64,000 bases of DNA from Candidatus Latescibacterota bacterium (GTDB lineage: Bacteria; Latescibacterota; UBA2968; GCA-2709665): assembly GCA_965205485.1 (NCBI GenBank), contig OZ242180.1, positions 1,408,001 to 1,472,000 on the forward strand, in the 5' to 3' direction. The notes beneath the pieces were generated by a model that worked only from the letters and a program-made list of their open reading frames with translations, did not search any database and was not told the origin of the DNA. The position numbers were made by a program, and so were the translations under genes. Below are positions 47,666 through 57,056 of this stretch, piece by piece (position 1 is the first letter of the stretch; each line of letters starts with the position of its first letter).

Positions 47666-50071
47666 TCACTCATCTCTAAGCGTATTCGCCGGATTCAGCG
47701 TCGCGGCCCTGTACGTCTTGCAACTGACGGCGAACATGACGAAAGCAGAGGTCAACACGGCGCCCGCGACGATCGGTGCGATCAAGTCGATTCTATAGAC
47801 GTAACTCTGAAGCCACTCTTTCAAGGCAATGTAAGCGATCGGCCCGGCGACGATGGCGGCCAGGATGAGGATTTTCGTGAAGTCAATGGAAAGGCGCGCC
47901 ATCAGACGGGATACGGACGTGCCGAAGACCTTTCGGATTCCAATTTCCCTCGTCCTTCGGGCTACGGAGAAAGAGGTCAGACCAAAGGCTCCGAGGCACG
48001 CAAGGCCCAGGGCGAGAATTGCGGGGAGTCGAATGGCATTCAGCCACTTTTCATCCTTTTTGTATTGGTTCTTCAGATCATCTTCAATAAACCTGGCGCG
48101 AAAGGGCTGCGATGGCGCGATTTCTTGCCATTCCTTCTGCAGAATATCGAGTATGTCACGGTCTTTGCCGGAAGTCGATATAACAAAGGATAAGTCACAA
48201 AACTCAGGTTCCAGGAAAATGACAGCAGGCGCGACCTGCTCATGGAATGATTTGAAGTGAAAGTCTCTGACCACCCCGATTATCGGCACGTCTCCATTGC
48301 CGTTCCAGTCCACGTCTCTGCCTGCAGCGCTTTGCCATCCGAACTGATTCATGAGGGTCTGGTTTATGATGACGGCGTCTTGGTCGGTCGATAGCAACCT
48401 CGAAAAATCCCTGCCCTCCATCATCTCAAACTCAAGTGTTTGCAAAAACCCATAATCCACCGCGATCGTCTCCACGCCACGGACTGTCCTGCCCTCAGCT
48501 CTGGCAAATCCGCCGATTGATTTCCTGTTGCTGAGCGGATGTTGCCCCCGAGCAACCCCGGTAATGTTCGGATATGATGTTATTTTTCGCGCATAGACAT
48601 CCGCGAGGCCCGGCGAAATTTCCCGCAATCCCCCGGTGTAAACAGCAATAACGCCATCCGTGCGGAATCCGGGATTCGTGTTTACAAGAAGATTGAGTTG
48701 GGCCGCCATCACAACGGCGACCATCATCAGAATCATCGACATTGAAAACTGAATGATAAGCAGCAAACGCATGAGAAAACCGGGATTCACACTCTCGGGC
48801 CGAGCGTAGAGGACGTCGGCCGGCTGCAGGCGGGACAATACCAGGGCCGGATAGAGGCCTGCGGATATGCCTACGGCCAGCGTGACAAGAACGATACACA
48901 GCAACGTCGTTGCACTCAACTGTCCCATCATGCTGATTCTGGCCCCGACAAGGGAATTGAACTGCGGCAATATCGCGCTCACCAGTCCAAGGCCGACAAC
49001 CAGGGCAATCAGCGCCATGAGAACAGATTCCGCGAGGTACTGAGAGACAAACTGACGCCTGCCGGCGCCGAAGAGCCGGCGCACACCCGCTTCCTTTGCA
49101 CGCGTTAAAGCATGCCCAATGGCCATTGCCGAATAGTTGACGCACGTAATCGTAATCACAACGAGCGCAATTCCGAGAAAGACGTAGATGTACACAGGAT
49201 TGCTCGTTCGTTCGACTCCCTGGGTGTGCCTGTCGAAACGCACTTCCCGTAAAGGCTGCAGCGTCATCTTTACGTTGCCGGTTGCTTGCCGCCCCCACGC
49301 TCTCTGAACGACCCTGGGGAGCCTCTCTTCGACGATTTGAGGGTGCAGATGTTCGGGCAAGTATACGTACGTCGTGGCAACTTGAATCATCCACGACAAA
49401 TCAGGAATTTCACCAGGAACCTTGTCAGACGAATCTTTCCGCACCACTCGAACGCTCACGGATGCCCACGAATTCAGTAGCTTGTCTCCAGCGTGGGCGG
49501 GTACCAAACAATCAAATACAATACTGGAATTCTCCGGAAGTCTTGACAGGACCCCGGTAACCGTATAGGCATCTTTCTTGTTGATGGTCACGACCTTGCC
49601 CAGCGGGTCTTCGCCTGGAAACAGTCTTCTCGCCACCTTCTCGGTGATCACAATTGAACGCACATCGTGAAGCGCGGTTGACGCATCTCCCATTGCCATC
49701 GGAAATGAAAAGACGTCGAGAAACGAGGGATCCACGTAACTCACCCGGAATCTAGACGATTTCTCCCCGTATGCCACAGAACCGCCGGATTTGAAAACCC
49801 TCACAACCGTGGCATCCGGAATTTCATTGGCAACGGCGGGCCCGAGAGGCCAGGCCGTACGGCTCATGATTTGATCACCGGTTCTCTGTTGGATTCTGTA
49901 GATGCGATCTGCACTGACATGAAAGAGATCGTAGGTCAATTCATTGTATGCGAAGACAACGGCAAGCATGCTGAATGCCAGGGCAACTGACAAACCTCCG
50001 AGGTTGATCAACGAAGTCAGTTTATTCTTGAGTATGCTCCTGAAAGCAAGTGTCACGTAGTTGCCTAACAT
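47666..50071 (-). CDS. MacB/FtsX-type duplicated ABC transporter permease (no ATPase in window)
   Basis: INLGGL, two periplasmic+TM halves, RAKEAGVRR..GA, RTREIGIRKVFG, NPANTLRDE. Confidence 0.92.
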   Translation of the reverse strand: MLGNYVTLAFRSILKNKLTSLINLGGLSVALAFSMLAVVFAYNELTYDLFHVSADRIYRIQQRTGDQIMSRTAWPLGPAVANEIPDATVVRVFKSGGSVAYGEKSSRFRVSYVDPSFLDVFSFPMAMGDASTALHDVRSIVITEKVARRLFPGEDPLGKVVTINKKDAYTVTGVLSRLPENSSIVFDCLVPAHAGDKLLNSWASVSVRVVRKDSSDKVPGEIPDLSWMIQVATTYVYLPEHLHPQIVEERLPRVVQRAWGRQATGNVKMTLQPLREVRFDRHTQGVERTSNPVYIYVFLGIALVVITITCVNYSAMAIGHALTRAKEAGVRRLFGAGRRQFVSQYLAESVLMALIALVVGLGLVSAILPQFNSLVGARISMMGQLSATTLLCIVLVTLAVGISAGLYPALVLSRLQPADVLYARPESVNPGFLMRLLLIIQFSMSMILMMVAVVMAAQLNLLVNTNPGFRTDGVIAVYTGGLREISPGLADVYARKITSYPNITGVARGQHPLSNRKSIGGFARAEGRTVRGVETIAVDYGFLQTLEFEMMEGRDFSRLLSTDQDAVIINQTLMNQFGWQSAAGRDVDWNGNGDVPIIGVVRDFHFKSFHEQVAPAVIFLEPEFCDLSFVISTSGKDRDILDILQKEWQEIAPSQPFRARFIEDDLKNQYKKDEKWLNAIRLPAILALGLACLGAFGLTSFSVARRTREIGIRKVFGTSVSRLMARLSIDFTKILILAAIVAGPIAYIALKEWLQSYVYRIDLIAPIVAGAVLTSAFVMFAVSCKTYRAATLNPANTLRDE

Positions 50072-50156
50072 CGTTTCTGGTCCCCTCCGATCGATCCCGC
50101 CGCGAAATCTTCTACGGGATTATCGGTGTTCATGCGTAACATTCGGTATTGTCCCC

Positions 50157-53100
50157 TCAATCCGTTTCCGCAATGACAAAACCGGCGTCTTTTTCGAAGG
50201 TTTCCCCGGTGTTTACATCCCTGACCGTTACTTTCAACAGACATTTCCCGGGCGGACGGTTTTCAAGCTCGAGTTCCACGTATTCCGCTTCCTGGGCCGC
50301 CGTGCCCTGTTGTTCGTACGTAACGGAGAGTTCCTCACGTTTGCCTTCCCGCCATCGGGTCAGGCTGGATATGATACCGACGGCGCCGGGGTTGTCGTTC
50401 GACGTGACCGTATAGGATACTTCGTAATCCGTCTGACCAAACTCGTCCTGTGACAGGTTGTAGATCTCGTAATAGACGAATACGCTCTGGCCTTTCGCGT
50501 ACGTCCGCGTGGGCATGGGAATGACCCACAGTCTCCCCTTGCTGAATTTGTCCTCGTTCTCGCTCGTGGAGATCCTCCAGGCCATCTCGAGGTCGCTTAT
50601 CTGGAGTCCCGTCTCCCCGTAGGATTCAATCTCCACGTCCTGTCGGTACCGCGCGTGTCCGGCGGAAAGACGGTCCTTCATCTTGACTTCCATCCGATAG
50701 AGCCCGGCCGGAACGTCCATGCGGGCAAGGTCAGGAACGAACCCGCAGTGTTCGGTGGTCACGTCACCCCTGGCCGCGAATCGTATCCGTTCGTGACTGC
50801 GGTATACCGCTCCCGTCGTTCGGTTGCGCAGCGCGACCGTCCGGTCGGCATCTATTTCGGTACGGTCGTCATGGTCCAGATAATGGCCCTGGTGGCGCGG
50901 AATCCCGGCGTAGACCTCGAGCGCCGAATCGTAACCCTGGTCGCTTCTGAAGTCAGCCGAATCGTAATAGAACTCCATCGGGTCCTCGTTCCGAGGCGGA
51001 ACGTAGTAGTCCGGAGTTGCCGCGGCAGCCATGCGATAGACGTTGTGGGGATTGTACCGGGTCAGCATGGCCTGCTGCCGGCTGGGAATGCGGGCGTCCA
51101 GCGGCGCCGGCGCGTAGTTGAAGGTGCCATTATGGAATTCGTCGGTGAACGTGATCTCGATACCACCGCCCACGGTGACGTAGACCCATGTCTCCCACGG
51201 GACGATCGAGACATCGGCCTCACTGGTCACGGGCCTATACTCCACCGACCTCCCGCTACCCCTGCCCGTACCGTAGATCTTCTCGACTTGCTGGGTGCGA
51301 TCAATTCCAAATATACGAGCCAGCTTTTCCTTATTGGTATCATCGTGAACTTCCGCGTTAAACCCGGGGGAGTCGCCCACACCTACACCCCGATGGCTTC
51401 GCACCGGGTAAACCGGACCAGCATAGGTAGCGCCTGGGCCCGAGGTCTGAATTGGTACGTCTCCGCCGGCGTGCCCGATACCATCCAGATCGGTGCCGGA
51501 TTTCAGAAACATGTGCGGCGGGACAGCAGCGCCGTAGAGCGCCGTGGAGAGGCGCTCCTTGATCCGCTGGACCGCCAGGGACTGCTGGAAGTTCCGGTTG
51601 TCGGAGCGGGACCGGTGGTCCGGCTCTCCGAACCGGATGTAGACTTCGCCGCGCTGGTCCCACGGCTGTTTGCCCTCGGAGAAATTCTGCATCGAATACC
51701 AGACCCGCCGGTAATGCTCCAGCCGGCGTTCGTTGGCGGCCGTGGTCAGGTCCGGGTCTCTTTCAGACCAGAACGAATCCAGGAATGCTTCTCTGTCTGA
51801 CAACGGGATCCGTTCAAAGGCCTCGAGGGTCTCGGATGACGCGACCAGCCTGATATCGTCGTAGTATGCCCGTTCCTCTTCATCAACCGCCTTGAGGTAG
51901 TCCCTGAAAAATGCTTCTGCCCTGTCAAAGGCTTCCAGTCTGGCGCAGGCCTGCCCGAGAATAGGCAGGATCTGGATGTCGTCGGGATGTTCCAGGGCGT
52001 ATTCCTGCAGCATCTCAGCGATACGCGCGTAGTTGCGTGTCTCCAGGTAGACCGCTGCCAGGCGTTTCCGGCCCTCTGGATCCGCCGGCGCCAGGCCCAT
52101 ATATTGAGCATAGTACAGCGCGGCGTTTTCAAAGTCCTTCTCGAATTCTTCGTACCATTTGCCCATCAGCAGGTAGGCCGGGGCGTACCGAGGGTCTATT
52201 TCCATCAGTTTCTCGAGGTCGAGCCTGGCGTCGTGTTCTTCCAGTTCGTGCCGGACCTCGGCGATATTATAGCGCGCTTCGACATAGTCCCGCTTGTACT
52301 GAAGCGCTTTCTGGAAGTAGCGAATGGCGTCGTAGGAGCCCCTTGGCCACCTTCGAAACGTCAGACCCAGGCCGAAATAGGCCTCGGCCAGCGTGTGGTC
52401 GCTTTCTATCGCGCCTTCAAACGCGTGAATGGCCCGTACCAGGTTCCCAACCTCCAGGTAAGCGAAGCCGAGCTTGCTGTGGCCGGTTGAAAAACCCGGA
52501 GCGACACCGGCGAGGATCTCCAGTGTGGAGACAGCCCTTAGTGGGTCCTTTTGGGTGAGTTCGATCCCAAGTGCAAGGAGAGAGTCGATCTGGGTTCGGG
52601 CTACGCGCCGGTCGACGGTTCGATAGCCTGCGTAGCTGCGGACGGATTCTACAAGGCGCCCACCGTGGAAGAAACTGGTGACCACGGCATCGCTGCCCAC
52701 AGCTTCCGGTCGGTAGCCGTGCTCGTAGCTGATTCGTCGGTCTCCTTCGGGGTCGGCAGGAGAGCGGAACAGGGTGTTCATAACGACGGAGTCGGCTCGC
52801 GTGAGGGTATGGGACTCGATCCAGGTCTTTAACCCGTGCAGGTCCGAAGGCCGCTGGCCGCCGTGGCCCTGTTCGTAAGCTTGCAGGAGGTCCCCAATAA
52901 CGGTCAGGTGATCCCGGCACACCCAACGTGCGCCGGGTTTTTCTTTAGCTTCCAGGGCCGTCGCGCCGAGCGCCCTGACGTACGCAAGCACCGGCTCCCG
53001 GTAAAGACCCTGTTTACTGAATCGGCCGGGGAGGGCTTCCCAGGACTTTGCGGCTTTGCGGTACCGGTCCTCAGCCTCTTCGAAATTCCATCGATGCAGG

Positions 53101-53651
53101 GTGCTGTATGCCAGCGCCGTAGCTTTGAACGCGGCCGCGACGCCCGAAAGAACCGTTCGCGCACCTTCACTTGGAAGAGGTGTTTCGCCGGCATCCGAAC
53201 CCAAAGGCGTTCGGGATTCGGCAAGTTCCGTTCCGGGCAATCGCTGGACGGATCCATCCGCGAAAGAGATTTCCCAGACGCCGGACGTGACCATCGGTAT
53301 TGATCGCTTAGGGACCAGAGAAAGACTGTGCAGCGCGACCCGCAACGGAATTGACCGGTAATGGAGCTTTTTCCCACCAAGCGTCCACGCCAGGTTCCCG
53401 GGGGGACCGGGAAAGATGCCCAGACAACGTGGCGCGTCTCCTTCGGTCCGGACCCAAATCTCCGTAACGGCGACCGGGCCGGTTTCCAGGACGACGGCCC
53501 AGGCGGTCTGCCCTTCACTCGACACGGATCTCGACTGACGGCGAGTTTCCGCATCTGCTTCCACAAGCGGGTAGACAGCCGCCAATATACCGACGAAAGT
53601 CGTGACCATAGTCCGCCGGACAATGCGTATGGATCCATATTGAGATCTCAT
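50157..53651 (-). CDS. TPR + GWxTD-domain exported protein, class B copy 2
   Basis: Collinear with 33175-36480; PWDQRGEVYIRFGEPD; probable start MRSQYG at 53651. Confidence 0.85.
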   Translation of the reverse strand: MRSQYGSIRIVRRTMVTTFVGILAAVYPLVEADAETRRQSRSVSSEGQTAWAVVLETGPVAVTEIWVRTEGDAPRCLGIFPGPPGNLAWTLGGKKLHYRSIPLRVALHSLSLVPKRSIPMVTSGVWEISFADGSVQRLPGTELAESRTPLGSDAGETPLPSEGARTVLSGVAAAFKATALAYSTLHRWNFEEAEDRYRKAAKSWEALPGRFSKQGLYREPVLAYVRALGATALEAKEKPGARWVCRDHLTVIGDLLQAYEQGHGGQRPSDLHGLKTWIESHTLTRADSVVMNTLFRSPADPEGDRRISYEHGYRPEAVGSDAVVTSFFHGGRLVESVRSYAGYRTVDRRVARTQIDSLLALGIELTQKDPLRAVSTLEILAGVAPGFSTGHSKLGFAYLEVGNLVRAIHAFEGAIESDHTLAEAYFGLGLTFRRWPRGSYDAIRYFQKALQYKRDYVEARYNIAEVRHELEEHDARLDLEKLMEIDPRYAPAYLLMGKWYEEFEKDFENAALYYAQYMGLAPADPEGRKRLAAVYLETRNYARIAEMLQEYALEHPDDIQILPILGQACARLEAFDRAEAFFRDYLKAVDEEERAYYDDIRLVASSETLEAFERIPLSDREAFLDSFWSERDPDLTTAANERRLEHYRRVWYSMQNFSEGKQPWDQRGEVYIRFGEPDHRSRSDNRNFQQSLAVQRIKERLSTALYGAAVPPHMFLKSGTDLDGIGHAGGDVPIQTSGPGATYAGPVYPVRSHRGVGVGDSPGFNAEVHDDTNKEKLARIFGIDRTQQVEKIYGTGRGSGRSVEYRPVTSEADVSIVPWETWVYVTVGGGIEITFTDEFHNGTFNYAPAPLDARIPSRQQAMLTRYNPHNVYRMAAAATPDYYVPPRNEDPMEFYYDSADFRSDQGYDSALEVYAGIPRHQGHYLDHDDRTEIDADRTVALRNRTTGAVYRSHERIRFAARGDVTTEHCGFVPDLARMDVPAGLYRMEVKMKDRLSAGHARYRQDVEIESYGETGLQISDLEMAWRISTSENEDKFSKGRLWVIPMPTRTYAKGQSVFVYYEIYNLSQDEFGQTDYEVSYTVTSNDNPGAVGIISSLTRWREGKREELSVTYEQQGTAAQEAEYVELELENRPPGKCLLKVTVRDVNTGETFEKDAGFVIAETD

Positions 53652-53784
53652 ATTGTGACCCTTTCGCCGTAACCGAAAACATGCTCCATCCACAATCGCT
53701 CCAGGAATGTGATTTCACGCTCCTGTCGTCAACATCCGTAGGATCCTGTGAATTCCGCTCGTATTCCGCGTATTAATACACGTC

Positions 53785-55365
53785 CTATTCACTGACGGAT
53801 ATCCTGGCCCTTATGGACATTTTGACCGCGTCGCTATCCACGATGCGAACCTTCCGGTCGTTAGTTGCTTCCGTAGTGATCACCATAAGGGATTTGAGAC
53901 GCGACCTGGAGAACACAGCCGCCTCTGCCGCCGTGAGCGTCACCTGTTCCCGGTGGGTTACGGGTTGCCTTACCAATCCTGTCGAAGCGTCGACCGGCGC
54001 CGCACCAACGGCAATTTCGCCCTGCCGGGGGATCCTCAAAGCCGGAGACTCTAGGAGCCGTTCGGCGTCCGTTCCTAGAAAAAGCTGAATCCCGACGCCC
54101 ACGGGCAGACCATTGGCAAGATCCAGTGTGAGAGTTCCACCTGTGGCTCGTGCAAGTCTGGCACGGGTGGACGTATCGCTACTGATATTCTTCGATTCCG
54201 AGACTGCCGTATTGTCCGCGAAGGCAGCCTTAAGAGGCGAACGGATGGCTACCTGGATATCGATACCGTCGGTCCGTCTGACCGTCGACTGGGTGACGCC
54301 GCCAAGGAGGATGTCGCCGCTGATTTCGATGAATGCCGGTTTGAGGTTCAGCAGGTCGACGATGTTGCTGTTCGTTTCGTCAAGACGAAGCGTCGTAAGC
54401 ACGGGTTGGTCCGAATTGCCCTCGGAAAGGTCGCCCAATTCCGCGGGAAGATCCAGCGACGCCGATCGGCTACCTGTCATATCCTCTCGAGCAGTGACTC
54501 TCATGCTGATTTTCCGCGTAAACGCAATCGCATTGGAGAGACTGACTTCCAAGGTGGCCGAAGTAACGCCTTTGAAATCCGAAGGCAACGCGACTTCCAC
54601 GGGACCCGTCTCAAACGGCACACGCATGTCGATGATGTTGCCTCTCAGCGACCTGAAAGGAATCGGGGTTGGAACGAAACGCCAATCCACCATCTGTTCG
54701 GCAATGAAACGGAGTCCAATCGTCTCGACGTCCATATTTCCCCTTATGTCACGAATTGCTCCCTCTCGACGACCGGAGGTGAATGGCCGAAGGATCATCC
54801 CTCCCAGCGGCAAACGAACGGTCGTATCGGACTCAGCGGAAATGACCTCGGCCAATTCCAGCATCTCGCCGCGTACCAGGTCCTGGAAATACAGCTTTAC
54901 CCCCACATCTTCCGGCATGTTGTTGTGCAGATCGAACCGGAGTTCTCCGGATGCGACCACGGCCTCACCGACCTGGAGACGGGACGGTCTTAGTCTGATA
55001 GTTATCCAGGCCGTCGTCGAACCCGTACTTTCCCTCCTGCCTCCCCAACCCGAATCCGGCAATGGGAAGATCATCAGGCTGTCTTCAAGGGTCACCCGGA
55101 TATCCTGCGCAATATCGACTACCGGTCGTAGATCCTGCATGTCCTCCTGCTGTGAGACAACCTCCCGCATCGTAAGAATCAGGTCGCTGAAGGACAGGTT
55201 GATCGACGAACTGGTCTGAGCGGGCCCCTGCGATGGCGCCGGACCCTGCGGCGAACTCTTCTGGCCGCAACCGATACACGCCACGGCGAACAGAACCATC
55301 CAGGTTTGACAAACCATGGTCCTGTATCCTGGTAGATTACCTGATTTCAGCCTCTTGGAATTCAT
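53785..55365 (-). CDS. Hypothetical beta-rich lipoprotein
   Basis: FAVACIGC lipobox, S/P/Q linker, alternating hydrophobic strands; start may be 55317. Confidence 0.7.
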   Translation of the reverse strand: MNSKRLKSGNLPGYRTMVCQTWMVLFAVACIGCGQKSSPQGPAPSQGPAQTSSSINLSFSDLILTMREVVSQQEDMQDLRPVVDIAQDIRVTLEDSLMIFPLPDSGWGGRRESTGSTTAWITIRLRPSRLQVGEAVVASGELRFDLHNNMPEDVGVKLYFQDLVRGEMLELAEVISAESDTTVRLPLGGMILRPFTSGRREGAIRDIRGNMDVETIGLRFIAEQMVDWRFVPTPIPFRSLRGNIIDMRVPFETGPVEVALPSDFKGVTSATLEVSLSNAIAFTRKISMRVTAREDMTGSRSASLDLPAELGDLSEGNSDQPVLTTLRLDETNSNIVDLLNLKPAFIEISGDILLGGVTQSTVRRTDGIDIQVAIRSPLKAAFADNTAVSESKNISSDTSTRARLARATGGTLTLDLANGLPVGVGIQLFLGTDAERLLESPALRIPRQGEIAVGAAPVDASTGLVRQPVTHREQVTLTAAEAAVFSRSRLKSLMVITTEATNDRKVRIVDSDAVKMSIRARISVSE

Positions 55366-55430
55366 CGTTCACCACACCTGTCCAAAATCGTCTTTTCCAA
55401 CAGCTATCACGACTTGATCCATCTGCAACC

Positions 55431-55578
55431 GGAGCGAGGGCATCCTGCCCTCGAACGTCGCGTCATCTACCCCTATTCGCGTCGAGAGACTGACGGGTCC
55501 ATTCAATCCGACACCGGTTCACGGAAAACACTGTGTGCGACGTGTTATCCGATGTCGAGGGCAGGATGCCCTCGCTCC
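55431..55578. repeat. REP doublet (REPIN-like): perfect 24-bp inverted repeat around a 100-bp spacer
   Basis: GGAGCGAGGGCATCCTGCCCTCGA (55431-55454) and its reverse complement (55555-55578). Confidence 0.8.
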
Positions 55579-55923
55579 CGGGAACGCCAACCACACCGGT
55601 CCCAATTCGGTTTCTGCCCTGGACAGCCGTGCACAAATGAGGGAGACCTGCACTGGCACTTCGAAACGACTTTCAAGAAAACCAGGTACTTACGCATCCA
55701 AGATCGTCTTTTAAAAACAACCTTGGACAGCAGTGAGCGTTCACTGATCCTGAAATGCGGATTGAAAGCCCTGGTTTCCATAGCATGGTCGATTGAAGGC
55801 GAAATTCCTGTCACTCGACGACAATACGTGCCTCTTTTTGGGCGACCGGGCGAAGTTTCGATATTGATACCCACAATGAACTTCTGATGCGGGTCTGCGC
55901 GCCGGGCGCCGCGATGACGACGC

Positions 55924-57018
55924 CTAAGGCCTGTACGCCAGGATCTGATCGATGGTTTCTCCGTTTTTTGATCCGCCAATAACCAGTACGCGCCCGTCGC
56001 GAAGCACCGTTACGCTATACAGCTTGTAGTCTGGCCCGATACTGTGGCCTGTGGGATGAAATGTCCCTTTTTCCGGGTCGTAGAGTACCGCGTCGCCGTT
56101 GCGGAGGATGAAAAATACATTCCCATTATTTAACACGGCGGCAGCTCTAATCTGCTCGTTGCCGGGACTGCCAGCCCGCGAAAACGTCCCGATGGAGGGG
56201 TCGCATCGCTCAGCGGCCGTCACCTGCGTCGGTGAAGCTGGATCACCTTTTCTGCCGCCTGCAATGAACACGCTGCCGTCCCGAAGCAGCAGCGCCACAT
56301 GTCCGTACCGCTCGTGCGTCAGCCCCCCGATCTTCGTAATAATATTGGACGACGGATCGTAGATTTCAGAATCTCTAACCGCGCGATCGGTAATCCCACC
56401 GATAATCAAGGCCCGCCCATCCCGCAGCATTGTCGCCGTATATGCCCCGCGAGGGACCGCCAGCCTGTTCTTGAATTCAAACTCGCCCGTTTCCGGATCT
56501 ATAGTCCAGATAGCGCCGAATCGACCGAATGCAAGGATCTTTCCATCTGAAAGTACCATAGACTTGGAGATTTTTTCGAATGCGGGATTGAATTGAATTG
56601 GCGCAAATGCACCGGTTCGCGGATCGAATATTTCCACCGGGTAAGTCTTTGCACCGGTATGCTGAGTCGCGCTTGCAAATACAACCCGACCGTCTGGCAG
56701 CAACGTCCCCTTGTCGTTCATTCGAGATGTCGACATGCTGTGGGTTGCTCTGGAGGATCCGGTTTCGGGATCGAAAATCTCCGCACTGCTATGATGCGTC
56801 GCGTATGCATCGGACCCACCCGTCGCGGCGCCTCCACCGATCAGTACCCTTCCGTCCCGCAACAATATCGAATAATGCCCGTGACGCTTGTCCGTCATGT
56901 GTCCGGCGACTTCAAAGCCCGTCAAGCCGTTGTTTGGATCAACACGTGTAGGCGCATCGCCGCCGCAGCCCGTCAGTATCGATAATATGGCGAACGCCAA
57001 AACGCTCCTTGCGGACAT
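55924..57018 (-). CDS. Kelch-repeat lipoprotein K9 (downstream of GWxTD-A2)
   Basis: LTGC lipobox; Kelch repeats; ends DQILAYRP, most like K7. Confidence 0.9.
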   Translation of the reverse strand: MSARSVLAFAILSILTGCGGDAPTRVDPNNGLTGFEVAGHMTDKRHGHYSILLRDGRVLIGGGAATGGSDAYATHHSSAEIFDPETGSSRATHSMSTSRMNDKGTLLPDGRVVFASATQHTGAKTYPVEIFDPRTGAFAPIQFNPAFEKISKSMVLSDGKILAFGRFGAIWTIDPETGEFEFKNRLAVPRGAYTATMLRDGRALIIGGITDRAVRDSEIYDPSSNIITKIGGLTHERYGHVALLLRDGSVFIAGGRKGDPASPTQVTAAERCDPSIGTFSRAGSPGNEQIRAAAVLNNGNVFFILRNGDAVLYDPEKGTFHPTGHSIGPDYKLYSVTVLRDGRVLVIGGSKNGETIDQILAYRP

Positions 57019-57056
57019 GCCGTTTCGTACCTCCGGTACCACTTTGTCCTCCGATC

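Noticed and set aside
55414..55979. ORFs between K9 and the lipoprotein gene
   Set aside because: They overlap the REP doublet or K9; no SD or motif seen
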